From Acholeplasmataceae bacterium (GTDB taxonomy: Bacteria; Bacillota_I; Bacilli_A; Acholeplasmatales; Acholeplasmataceae): DNA of 64,000 nt. Shown here piece after piece: positions 31,488 through 41,155 of this stretch. A model generated the notes under the pieces. The model saw only the letters and a program-made list of their open reading frames with translations. It was not told the DNA's origin and searched no databases. The DNA lies in contig OY763415.1 of NCBI GenBank assembly GCA_963667565.1, forward strand, positions 1,280,001 to 1,344,000, read 5' to 3'. The stretch's first letter is position 1, and each line of letters opens with the position of its first letter. The position numbers were made by a program, and so were the translations under genes.

Positions 31488-33446
31488 TTATTCGTTAATT
31501 GCTTGTGCTAATTCTAATTGAGCTTTAACGAATTCGTAATTGATTAAGTTTTCTAATTCTTGAGTCATATAATCAGAATATACGATCTTACCAAATTGAG
31601 CATCCCATAATAAGTCACCAATTGATAATGTTGAACCTGGAGCATTATTAGGTCTTGAGATTGTTGCATCAATACCAGTGTTATAAGTATATCTTGCTTC
31701 TGTGAAACCAGGAACGAATTTATTACCTTCTACTAATACTGTAACTGTACCAGCTGCAGCAGCTTCGAAAATTTCTTGTACACCAGCTACTGGATAGTTA
31801 TCAAACCATGCATCAATAACTGATTGAACATTACTCATAGGAAGACCAGAAATCGCTAATGAAACTTCACCATTTGCAGTATCTGGAACTGCATTTTCAA
31901 CGATATCAAACATTGCATTTAATCCATCAGTACCAAATGTTAACCATTTAGCAACTTCATATGCAGCTTGTTTATCAGCAGCAGTTTTACTAATACCTAA
32001 GAAATCTGAAACACCAACAACTTTATTACCAGGAACACCAACGAATTGTAAATCAAAACCTGCAGTTGCAGCATTTGATGCCATTCCTGAAGCTGACCAA
32101 GTACCATCCCATTGGAATGCTAATTGACCATGATTAAATCCTGCCCACCATTCAGAACCGAAACGTTCTACTCTTGGTGATACTAAAGGACCATCAGCAT
32201 CTGGATCAGTATCAGAAAATGATTCTAAAGCCCAACCATTATCCATAATTGCTTTAGCTTGTGCTAATGCATCTTTGACTGGTTGACTGTTATATAAGAA
32301 TTCGCCATTTGCTAAACCAGCATGACCAATTCCAAGTGGAGTTTCTGATTCAGAGTCTAAAATTGATGGTAACCAGTTGAAGAAATCAGCAGGGTGGTTT
32401 AAACCAGCAGTTGAAGTTCCATCAAGTTTTGTAGTATCTGTAGCATTTTCGATTGCAGTAATGAATGCATCATAATCATATCCTAATTGAGTGAAATCAG
32501 TTAATGTACCTGAATTTTCAATTAAGTCTAAGTTAGCATAATAACCTAAATAGTTTAATGCAGCAGGAACTGCAAAAATATGACCATCATAAGTAATTGA
32601 ATCTCTTAATGCAACTGGAATATTTTGCCATTCAACATCTGTTTGAGCAACTGATGTGATATCACCAGCATAACCCATAAGGATGTGTGAAGGAATATTA
32701 CCTGACATAAATACATCTGGGAATGTACCAGCAGCAGCTTGAGTAGCTAAGAAATCATCATAAGAACCTGTATATTCAAGAATTTGAATTTCAACTGTTT
32801 CACTTTGTTCATTGAATGCAGCAATTCTTCTTCTTAACAAGTTATTTTGTTCTTCAGTACCTAAACCCCAATGTGCTAATGTAACAACTGTCTTATCGCC
32901 ATAAACAACAGTGATTACTCTAGTGATTGATGTTGTATTACCAGCGCTATCTGTAACTGAATAAGTTAAAGTATATTCGCCAACTAAACCAACATTAACA
33001 GTACCAGAAACTGTGATTTGCGCTGTTAAGTCGCCATCTTCTTCATCTGATGCATATACATATAATAATGGATTAAATCCAACATTATAAGTAACATTCT
33101 TGTCAGTTGCACCAGTGATCACTGGAGCTTCACCAACTGTTACTGCGATAACTCTATCTACTTCAGTAACATTCTTAGCGCTATCCATTACAACATATGT
33201 AACTGTGTAGTTACCTTGAACTAAGTTATTAACAGTTCCTCTTGTTGTGATGTCAGCTGTTAAGTCACCATCTTCAGCATCAGTTGCTGTAACGCCTTGC
33301 AATAAATCGAAAGTTTCTCCGATTTTAATTGAAGCAGCTTCAACACCTGAGATTACTGGAGCAGCATCTTCAACAGGAGTTTCTTTACAAGCAAACAAAC
33401 CCACTGCTGTGAATAAAACTAAACCTAAAACTAATAGTTTTCTCAT
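31488..33446 (-). CDS. sugar ABC solute-binding lipoprotein with two N-terminal Ig-like (DUF5011-type) domains
   Basis: Lipobox LFAC; two 'APVI.G...ATD.EDGDLT...G.Y..TY.V.DSA.N' repeats; SBP core (FPDVF, FAVP, AAYEVAKWLT). Confidence 0.85.
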   Translation of the reverse strand: MRKLLVLGLVLFTAVGLFACKETPVEDAAPVISGVEAASIKIGETFDLLQGVTATDAEDGDLTADITTRGTVNNLVQGNYTVTYVVMDSAKNVTEVDRVIAVTVGEAPVITGATDKNVTYNVGFNPLLYVYASDEEDGDLTAQITVSGTVNVGLVGEYTLTYSVTDSAGNTTSITRVITVVYGDKTVVTLAHWGLGTEEQNNLLRRRIAAFNEQSETVEIQILEYTGSYDDFLATQAAAGTFPDVFMSGNIPSHILMGYAGDITSVAQTDVEWQNIPVALRDSITYDGHIFAVPAALNYLGYYANLDLIENSGTLTDFTQLGYDYDAFITAIENATDTTKLDGTSTAGLNHPADFFNWLPSILDSESETPLGIGHAGLANGEFLYNSQPVKDALAQAKAIMDNGWALESFSDTDPDADGPLVSPRVERFGSEWWAGFNHGQLAFQWDGTWSASGMASNAATAGFDLQFVGVPGNKVVGVSDFLGISKTAADKQAAYEVAKWLTFGTDGLNAMFDIVENAVPDTANGEVSLAISGLPMSNVQSVIDAWFDNYPVAGVQEIFEAAAAGTVTVLVEGNKFVPGFTEARYTYNTGIDATISRPNNAPGSTLSIGDLLWDAQFGKIVYSDYMTQELENLINYEFVKAQLELAQAINE

Positions 33447-33478
33447 TTATTTCTCTCCTCATTTATTTTTTAGCGAAA

Positions 33479-33561
33479 TGTAATCGCTTTCTTTATATCT
33501 TGATTTTATCAAATAGAAATGCACGTGTCAACCTATTTAATAATTTAAATTAAACGTTTCA
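33479..33561 (-). promoter_or_regulatory. promoter of the transporter operon with LacI/cre-like operators
   Basis: TTGACA (33526-33531)-17-TAAAAT (33503-33508) with TG extension; TGTAATCGCTTTCT at 33479-33492 just downstream of the predicted start; TTAAACGTTTCA at 33550-33561. Confidence 0.75.
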
Positions 33562-33651
33562 ATAACTTTCATATCTTTATATATTATTTATAATATATAA
33601 AAAATATTCATTTTCATCATTTTTTCAACCATTTTCACGGTTTATTTACAA

Positions 33652-34461
33652 TTATTTATTTTCATTTAGTGAAACGTTTGACTTATATGCTTTTACATGT
33701 CTGAGACTCATAGCTATTTCAATGAACGGATCTTGATCAAAAAACTCGTCTTGTTCAATAATTAAATATGGGAATTCAAGGCGACTAATAACTGAAATTA
33801 TTTTCTTATAATCCATATTCCCTTCCCCAATAGGGGCACATTGAGCGGTTGTTACCCATTTGTTTGACAATTTCACTTTCATATCTTTGATTTGAATGAG
33901 TTCAATTTTATGCTTATATGTTTCAATGAAATCAATTGGATTTAAACCTGAAAATTGAATCCAAAACAAGTCTGGTTCAACGCTTAAGTTTTCACTAATC
34001 ATATTTTGCATGATTACATCCATAGGTAAAAACTCATCAATTTTAGCAAATTCGAACGCGTGGTGATGATATACCAACTTCAAATCATGGGCTTTTAGTC
34101 GATTAGCCATTTGATTAGCTTGAAAGATAAATGTTTGATAATCATTAAGTGATTTTCTATCAAAGCCATCTGGAATTGCACTAATACCAATATAGCTACA
34201 TCCCAGTTGTTTATGATATTTTACAGTTTGTTCGAATTCTTCTTTAAGTTGATTATAATCAATGTGTGTCCCAATAATCTTCAAATCAAGCTCTTTAGTA
34301 CATTGATCTATGAAATTGATTTTATCATCGCTAAATTTACCAATACCTGATAATAATATGTAGTCAAAGCCCATGTCTTTTACTTTTTTCAATGTATCGT
34401 TAATCATTTCTTCAGTTTTTAAAAAATGACGCAAAGAATATAATTGTAATACTTCTTTCAT
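33652..34461 (-). CDS. sugar phosphate isomerase/epimerase family (xylose-isomerase-like TIM barrel)
   Basis: LQLYSLR, YHHHAFEF, E.DLFW, IKD, IGEG.MDY, IIEQD. Confidence 0.85.
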   Translation of the reverse strand: MKEVLQLYSLRHFLKTEEMINDTLKKVKDMGFDYILLSGIGKFSDDKINFIDQCTKELDLKIIGTHIDYNQLKEEFEQTVKYHKQLGCSYIGISAIPDGFDRKSLNDYQTFIFQANQMANRLKAHDLKLVYHHHAFEFAKIDEFLPMDVIMQNMISENLSVEPDLFWIQFSGLNPIDFIETYKHKIELIQIKDMKVKLSNKWVTTAQCAPIGEGNMDYKKIISVISRLEFPYLIIEQDEFFDQDPFIEIAMSLRHVKAYKSNVSLNENK

Positions 34462-34472
34462 TTGATATCCCC

Positions 34473-35939
34473 CTACTTAAATTCTTTTGGATGAATCTTT
34501 TTATATAACTCAACATAAGATAATCTATTTGTTTTTTTCAGGTGCGTATCACAATACCATTTTAAATTACCATTCGCATGGTAAGGACCACCTTCTTTTA
34601 AAACTGTCCACAATGGATCAATTTTATCTTCTGATTTCATCATTTGATCATCAACCCATGAAAATAATTTACTTTCAGCATTTCTTAAGACATCTATGTT
34701 TTTATCTGCTAAATTATTTTGTTCATGTGGATCTTGTTTCAAATCAAATAACATATGTTTTGGAAAAAAATGAAAACCATCATGATATGTTCTTATATAA
34801 AGATAATCATCAAATCGAACGCCGCGTTGAACTACATGTGACATTTGAGATAATACTAAATGATCATGAGATTCATCGCTACCTTGCAAAATCGTTTTTG
34901 CAAAACTTTTTCCATCCCAATAAGGCGATTTATGTTTATAATCTATCATTTCAGCAAGCGTAGGCACTAAATCTAAGTTGTAATGAAAACCAGAAACGTG
35001 ATGATTTTTCATACCTCCTGGCCATTTGACAATCATAGGAATATGACAAGTCATTTGATCTGCTAATCCGTGTTCGGCATAAATACCCATTTCACCTAAT
35101 GTTTCTCCATGATCAGATGAGATGATGAGCACTGTATCTTCGTAAACTCCTAGATCTTTTAATGTTTGAACAAGTTCACCAACTGCATCATCTGCATACT
35201 TAATGCCTAAATCATATCCTTCATATAATTTTTGAACATCTTCTAAACTATCCAATCTTCCCATTTGTCTAGGAAACTTATCTCTGTTTTCAAAATCGGA
35301 ATACATGCCTATTTCTTGTGCGCAATGAGGGCCAGCAAGTTCATGATGTTTTTCAAACACTTCCTTAGTTAACCACTCAGGCAATTTTTGTCCTTTAAGC
35401 TCTCCCTCGTAATCCATAGGTACACGATAGGGTGTATGAGGATCCCAAAAATTGATGTGCAAATACCAATCTTCATCTTTGCCTTTTTCATTTAACCATT
35501 TTTTAGCAATCGGTAAAATATCGTGTGCAGATTCATCTCCAAATTTACCAGTATCATGGATCTCATTAAAACCTGCATAAAAATACCAAGCAGAATGACG
35601 AGATGCAAATGGTGTAATACCACATGTATAAAATCCATGCGTGCGAAGCATACCAAATAAGCTGTCTTTTTCAAAACGATGCTTAAAATCTCTTTTTGGG
35701 TCTATTTTTAATTGTGATGCAACATTCCCGTGATTAGTCACACCTGTATGAATGCCAAATTGTCCAGAAAACAAAGCAGTTCTAGAAGGTAAGCAAGGAG
35801 CATCAGAAGTATAATATTGATCAAAAATGACAGATTCTTCAGCAATTTGATCAATGTTTGGTGATGTATTATTCTTATACCCATAACAACCTAAGTGGTC
35901 AGGTCTCATCGTATCAATATCAATATATATAATTCTCAA
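34473..35939 (-). CDS. Cys-type (formylglycine) sulfatase-family hydrolase
   Basis: IDTMRPDHLGCYG, CLPSR (CxPxR), WDPHTPY, SSDHGE, LFDL..DP.EQ.NL; TTG start. Confidence 0.88.
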   Translation of the reverse strand: MRIIYIDIDTMRPDHLGCYGYKNNTSPNIDQIAEESVIFDQYYTSDAPCLPSRTALFSGQFGIHTGVTNHGNVASQLKIDPKRDFKHRFEKDSLFGMLRTHGFYTCGITPFASRHSAWYFYAGFNEIHDTGKFGDESAHDILPIAKKWLNEKGKDEDWYLHINFWDPHTPYRVPMDYEGELKGQKLPEWLTKEVFEKHHELAGPHCAQEIGMYSDFENRDKFPRQMGRLDSLEDVQKLYEGYDLGIKYADDAVGELVQTLKDLGVYEDTVLIISSDHGETLGEMGIYAEHGLADQMTCHIPMIVKWPGGMKNHHVSGFHYNLDLVPTLAEMIDYKHKSPYWDGKSFAKTILQGSDESHDHLVLSQMSHVVQRGVRFDDYLYIRTYHDGFHFFPKHMLFDLKQDPHEQNNLADKNIDVLRNAESKLFSWVDDQMMKSEDKIDPLWTVLKEGGPYHANGNLKWYCDTHLKKTNRLSYVELYKKIHPKEFK

Positions 35940-35945
35940 GATCTA

Positions 35946-37211
35946 TCATCTCTCTTTCTCAAATATATTATCTTCAACTTTTCTAAATCCCAGTTTTTTT
36001 ATAGCTTTTTGGATAAATTCACTTTGGGTGACTAGTTTTTGAATGGTTTGATTTTCATAATTGTCAAGCATGATTAAAGTTGGTCCTTTATCAATACCAA
36101 TATATGTATTTGAATACCAGTTTTCATCTTCAAAATTAAACGAATCATATAATCCATAGGGTCCCCACATTTTTTCATCTTGTGCAAATAACTCTAATTG
36201 TTTTTTTGATAATTCCGGTGTAAATATCATTGATGATAAACTCGCATAAGGTGCTACTGTTCCATCCATATGATTAGGTTTGTAATCAATGTTTTCAAAA
36301 CCCCAAGGTGGACCACCAACAACCATATATCCTGTCTTCGAATGCATTGCTGTTAATCCCCAATATCCTTTTTTAAAGGTTTTAGACCACTTTTGATCCT
36401 TGCACCACTGATAATTACCAATGGTTGCATCAACACTGTTTTGGAACCAATTAAACATCTTTGCATCTCTATATTGATTAAAATCAATAAACGCATGAGA
36501 GAATTGATGTATAAATAGTGCATTATTATAGCAATGTACTAAATTATCACCTTTGTATGCACCTACATGTCTATGAAATCCAAAATATAACTTTCTCGCA
36601 TCTTCAATCGTTGTTTTATCTTGTCCCGCATATAAGAAATACATCATGAGTTGTTCAGCATAATGATCCCATGTCGCTTTATTCCACCCTTGAGGATAAC
36701 GTTCTTTATCATCATAGTATGCCATTCTAAACACAGGTTTATCAGGATGAACAAGCCAAGCCCAATTGGCTTCATCTAACATTTGATCAACTATGGTTTT
36801 AACGTCTTTTTTAAAGAACTCAGCAGCTGAAATTGCACCCATGAGTAATATTGCTGTATCTATTGTAGAGTATTCAGATGGTCTTCCTTTTTTTAGTCCA
36901 TAATTTTCAGCTGTATGATAATTCACAAAATGAATATAAAAACCATTCTTTTTATCTACATTTTGATAAATCGATTCAAGTGTTTTTAAAGTTCGATGAT
37001 AACCTTCTTCGAAGCTGATATAACCTCTTGTGACTCCAATCACATAGCTGCTTAATCCAAATCCCACTGCTGCGATTGATGCCATGTCATCTCTTCTTGT
37101 TGAATCAAGTGTTAATCCGTATCCTTTAGAAGATTCATCATGATTGGTCTCATTCCAAAAAAAATCAAAACAGCCCTTTGCTTCTTTTTCTATCAGTTGT
37201 TTTATATCCAT
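35946..37211 (-). CDS. GH144 beta-1,2-glucanase, cytoplasmic paralog
   Basis: SIAAVGFGL, GFYIHF, EYSTIDTA, LFIHQFSHAFIDF, WGLTA, DGTVAP, GIDKG; no signal peptide. Confidence 0.85.
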   Translation of the reverse strand: MDIKQLIEKEAKGCFDFFWNETNHDESSKGYGLTLDSTRRDDMASIAAVGFGLSSYVIGVTRGYISFEEGYHRTLKTLESIYQNVDKKNGFYIHFVNYHTAENYGLKKGRPSEYSTIDTAILLMGAISAAEFFKKDVKTIVDQMLDEANWAWLVHPDKPVFRMAYYDDKERYPQGWNKATWDHYAEQLMMYFLYAGQDKTTIEDARKLYFGFHRHVGAYKGDNLVHCYNNALFIHQFSHAFIDFNQYRDAKMFNWFQNSVDATIGNYQWCKDQKWSKTFKKGYWGLTAMHSKTGYMVVGGPPWGFENIDYKPNHMDGTVAPYASLSSMIFTPELSKKQLELFAQDEKMWGPYGLYDSFNFEDENWYSNTYIGIDKGPTLIMLDNYENQTIQKLVTQSEFIQKAIKKLGFRKVEDNIFEKER

Positions 37212-37215
37212 TGAT

Positions 37216-39555
37216 TTATCCTCTTTTAAATGTTAATTCTATTGGCTCTAGCCCTTTAATGATGAAAGTATTATCTTTAATTTCAACTCTTTCATTATGA
37301 ACCAATCCCATTTCACTTGTGATTTTTATTTTTTCAATGTCATTTGTAGGTATCAAATTTAGTATCATTTCTTGATCGTTTACTTTAATGTTATTGATTT
37401 CACATGTTGCATAATCAATTTTAAACGCTTTATTGATTTTCCAATCTACTGGGAGAATCAATCCTTTTTTAAATGGCACCTTAAATATGTGACCATCAAA
37501 TAAATCTTTTCCTTCAAAGAGGATGGTTGTTTCTTTTTCAAATTCTTCAAAATTGTGAATGAATACAAACGATCCTTGATCACAAGTACGCATCGATACA
37601 TTTAACCATTCATCTTGAGTCACTATACGTTTAATGCCCATGTCATCAAAGATTTCTCTTGTGAATTCATCAATATAATCCCAATCACTCTTAATTGCCA
37701 TACCAAACATAAAGACAGTGCCTTTGCCTATTGTTTTTTTAAATCCTGTTACAGAATCATGATCTAAATCCAATGTTGCAAATCCTTTATTGACATCATA
37801 GATTTGTGCAACATGACAATTAACTGAATCATGTCCATTTAAATTAACACGCTTGCCATAAACCTTTGATTTGATTGAAACACCAATGTAATCTTTAAGA
37901 ATACTACATTCACGATCATTTAAATCTTTTGTTGGCATTTCAGGAAATAAAAATAATTTCCCACCCTCTTTTAAGTAATTGACGAGTTTTTGTTGGGCAA
38001 ATTTGCTCATCCAATCAAGTGCAAAAACAATTAAAGTTGGATGTTTTTCAACATCTATTTTTTCACTTGAAATCATGTCAAAACTATCAAATGAAATATT
38101 GTTCATAACTAAGCTTTTTCCAATGCCATTAAACAAATAATTTTGTCTTGCATTAGTGATATGGTTAATCATATGTCTATTGTGATGATTTTGATATTCT
38201 GTCATAAAATAATCAGCATCAAAAGCAAGTGTTGTATGATTTTTAGGCTGTGCACTGATGAACGCATCTCCATAAGTTCTCACAACATCAACAATATGTT
38301 TAATGACATAATAATGTCTTCTTAAAGATCCATCATAACCAATTGCAGATTGCCAATCATGTCTTCTGGAAATCAACCCAATTTCTTGATAGTTTTCACC
38401 GCCGACTAACATATAATAATTGATTGCGTTCATACCATTAGATATGGTTAATCTTGTTTTTAAATCATGCGTGGTTGGTTGAAGTCTTGGAACACCATTT
38501 TGAAATCCGCCTTGAAATTCAGCACTGAAAAGCGGTTGACCTTTTGGTTGAATTGCCTTTGTAAAGGCATTTGCAAGAATCACATCAAAAAAGTTTTCAG
38601 GAACGATATTACCGATGTAATAGTCACCAGCAATGACGACATCTTTTATTTTAGCTGTTTCATATAATTGTGATAAACCAATAGGATATTTGTTTCCTCG
38701 TTTTGAGTAATCGGTTTGAGAAAACCCATGAACATTAACGATTGGTTTCGATTTTGCGCCATATTTTTTAGAGATGTCAATAAGTTTTTCTAAATATAAT
38801 TTGATATACACTCTAAAGAATTTTTCATATGCTTGATTAATGTCCAAAGCTGCTTGATATGAGACATCATCTTTTAAATAATGACTCATGTAGTCATCAA
38901 AGTCTTTATACATAAAAAGTGCTTCAGAAAAAATCTCTTTTTGATACGTTTCTATAATATAGTTTTTAAAATGTGATAATGTATTTTCAGAATAATCACC
39001 TTGTCCAGAAACCCAATGGAACATGCCAACTTCATTGTCGTATTGAATCATGATAATTGGTCCACCGTTTTCATGCTCATATGCACTTAAAAGACTAAAT
39101 ACTTTTTTATACCATCCTTCGATATAATATAAGTATTTGGGATGTAAATAGCTCACTAATCCAGAAGATTGATGATAAGTACCGTCTTCTTTTCGTGCTC
39201 TAATTTCGGGATGCTCATTGATAAGCCATTCTGGAATACCTGAATTTACAGTTTCAGCCATGACATAAGGACCTGGTCTAACAAGCAACCACATTCCACT
39301 ATCTTTGACTAGTTCTAAAAATGCTTTAAGATCTCTTTCTGCTGAAGTTCTTCCTTCTAAATCAATATGTCCTTTTTCGTGTTCATGCCAAATCCAAGGG
39401 ATGTATGTAGAAACTAAATTAAAGCCCATAGCTTTCATTTTATCAAGTCTATCTTTCCACTCTGATTTAGGCACTCTAAAATAATGAAATTCTCCACCCC
39501 ATATAAATGTTTCTTTGTCATCAATAGCAAATTTATCATTTTGATAACTAAGCAT
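37216..39555 (-). CDS. GH35 family enzyme, paralog 2
   Basis: GEFHYFR, STYIPW, RPGPYVMAE, QYDNEVGM, SAEFQ; start MLSYQ after an AGGTG RBS. Confidence 0.8.
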   Translation of the reverse strand: MLSYQNDKFAIDDKETFIWGGEFHYFRVPKSEWKDRLDKMKAMGFNLVSTYIPWIWHEHEKGHIDLEGRTSAERDLKAFLELVKDSGMWLLVRPGPYVMAETVNSGIPEWLINEHPEIRARKEDGTYHQSSGLVSYLHPKYLYYIEGWYKKVFSLLSAYEHENGGPIIMIQYDNEVGMFHWVSGQGDYSENTLSHFKNYIIETYQKEIFSEALFMYKDFDDYMSHYLKDDVSYQAALDINQAYEKFFRVYIKLYLEKLIDISKKYGAKSKPIVNVHGFSQTDYSKRGNKYPIGLSQLYETAKIKDVVIAGDYYIGNIVPENFFDVILANAFTKAIQPKGQPLFSAEFQGGFQNGVPRLQPTTHDLKTRLTISNGMNAINYYMLVGGENYQEIGLISRRHDWQSAIGYDGSLRRHYYVIKHIVDVVRTYGDAFISAQPKNHTTLAFDADYFMTEYQNHHNRHMINHITNARQNYLFNGIGKSLVMNNISFDSFDMISSEKIDVEKHPTLIVFALDWMSKFAQQKLVNYLKEGGKLFLFPEMPTKDLNDRECSILKDYIGVSIKSKVYGKRVNLNGHDSVNCHVAQIYDVNKGFATLDLDHDSVTGFKKTIGKGTVFMFGMAIKSDWDYIDEFTREIFDDMGIKRIVTQDEWLNVSMRTCDQGSFVFIHNFEEFEKETTILFEGKDLFDGHIFKVPFKKGLILPVDWKINKAFKIDYATCEINNIKVNDQEMILNLIPTNDIEKIKITSEMGLVHNERVEIKDNTFIIKGLEPIELTFKRG

Positions 39556-41155
39556 GATCTTCACCTTTTTTCTTGTAGTATATGCGTAACTCATATGGTT
39601 TAAACAGAGGTTCTAGCAAATCATAATTTGACATCAATACTTCTTTATCTGTTGGTCCTTCATATAAACCTTCAGTCTCACTAAAGTTTGCGATAACTTC
39701 AATGGATTCATCCTCATTTTCTCTTATAAAATGAAAAAATTGTTCATCATCCGGATTTTTGAGTATATATTTACCATCAATCACACATCTGATTTGTTTA
39801 CGTAGATTAATCAGTTCTTTATAAAAGTAATATATTGAATTTTGATCTTCAATCGCTTGTTTCACATTAATATCTAAATAGTTTGGATTGACGTCAATCC
39901 ATGGATGTGCATCACTAAATCCAGCATGCATAGATGTATCCCATTGCATTGGTGTTCTAGCGTTATCTCTTCCTTTAGCTCTTATGGATTCAAAAATCTT
40001 TTCCAGTGGCCAACTGTCTTCTTTTTCTTTAATCATATTGATCGTTTCAATATCTCTTAATTCTTCTTTTAATGTGAAATGTTTATTGGTCATCCCAATT
40101 TCTTCACCTTGATAAATATATGGTGTACCCTGCATCATGTGAAGAATACCTGCAAGCATTTTTGCACTTTGTATACGAAATTTTTGATCGTTTCCCCATC
40201 TTGATACAATTCTTGGTTGATCATGATTGCTCCAATAAAGACTATTCCATCCTTTTTGATAAAGTTCTGTTTGCCAAGTTGATAAAACACGTTTAAGGTC
40301 TGTTAATTTAAGTGGTTTAAGGTGCCATTTGTCTTTTCCTTTTTCTTCATCTAGACTCACTTGTTGAAATTGGAAAACCATATCTAATTCATGCGCTCCT
40401 AATGATGTATATTCAATAGCAATTTCAGGTGTTACACTCCCTGTTTCACCAACAGTTATGGTTTGTCGACCTTCAAAACAATGTGCATGCATTTCTTTTA
40501 AATAGTCATGTAGTTTAGGTCCATTTGAAAAAATATGTTGATCGATATCTTTTCCAATTAAATCAATAACATCCATTCGAAATCCATCTATACCTAAATC
40601 TAACCAATAATTCATCATCTTATATATAGCATGTCTCAGTGCCTCATTTTTCCAGTTAAGATCTGGCTGTTTTTTAGAAAACATATGAAAATAAGCATAC
40701 GTGTCATCAGTTTTTTCCCATGCACTACCGCTAAAGATACTTCTCATATTAAAATCAGCTTCTTCATGTTTTCTAAAAATATAAAAATCTCTATATGGGC
40801 TCGTCTCATCTTTTAATGCTTCTTGAAACCATACATGTTCATCTGATGTATGATTAACAACTAAATCCATGATTAAATACATTCCTCTTTTATGGACTTC
40901 AAAAAGTAGCTTTTTAAATTGTTCTAATGTCCCAAACATAGGATGTATTTTATAATAATCGCTGATGTCATAGCCATTGTCGTCCATCGGTGATTGATAA
41001 ATTGGACTTAACCATAAAACATCAATACCTAACGTCTTCAAATAATCCAATTTCTCAATAATTCCAACAATATCACCCATACCATCATGATTGCTGTCTT
41101 TAAAACTCATTGGATAAATTTGATAAACAACTAAATTTTCAAACCATCTATTCAT
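39548..41155 (-). CDS. GH13 oligo-1,6-glucosidase / alpha-glucosidase
   Basis: YQIYP.SF.DSN.DG.GD, DNGYDISDY, DLVVNHTS, QPDLN, GFRMDVI, TVGE, NHD, RDNARTPMQW. Confidence 0.92.
   Translation of the reverse strand: MNRWFENLVVYQIYPMSFKDSNHDGMGDIVGIIEKLDYLKTLGIDVLWLSPIYQSPMDDNGYDISDYYKIHPMFGTLEQFKKLLFEVHKRGMYLIMDLVVNHTSDEHVWFQEALKDETSPYRDFYIFRKHEEADFNMRSIFSGSAWEKTDDTYAYFHMFSKKQPDLNWKNEALRHAIYKMMNYWLDLGIDGFRMDVIDLIGKDIDQHIFSNGPKLHDYLKEMHAHCFEGRQTITVGETGSVTPEIAIEYTSLGAHELDMVFQFQQVSLDEEKGKDKWHLKPLKLTDLKRVLSTWQTELYQKGWNSLYWSNHDQPRIVSRWGNDQKFRIQSAKMLAGILHMMQGTPYIYQGEEIGMTNKHFTLKEELRDIETINMIKEKEDSWPLEKIFESIRAKGRDNARTPMQWDTSMHAGFSDAHPWIDVNPNYLDINVKQAIEDQNSIYYFYKELINLRKQIRCVIDGKYILKNPDDEQFFHFIRENEDESIEVIANFSETEGLYEGPTDKEVLMSNYDLLEPLFKPYELRIYYKKKGEDHA

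Noticed and set aside
34487..34963. 158-aa plus-strand ORF
   Set aside because: Lies wholly antisense within the sulfatase gene; no RBS or recognisable domain.
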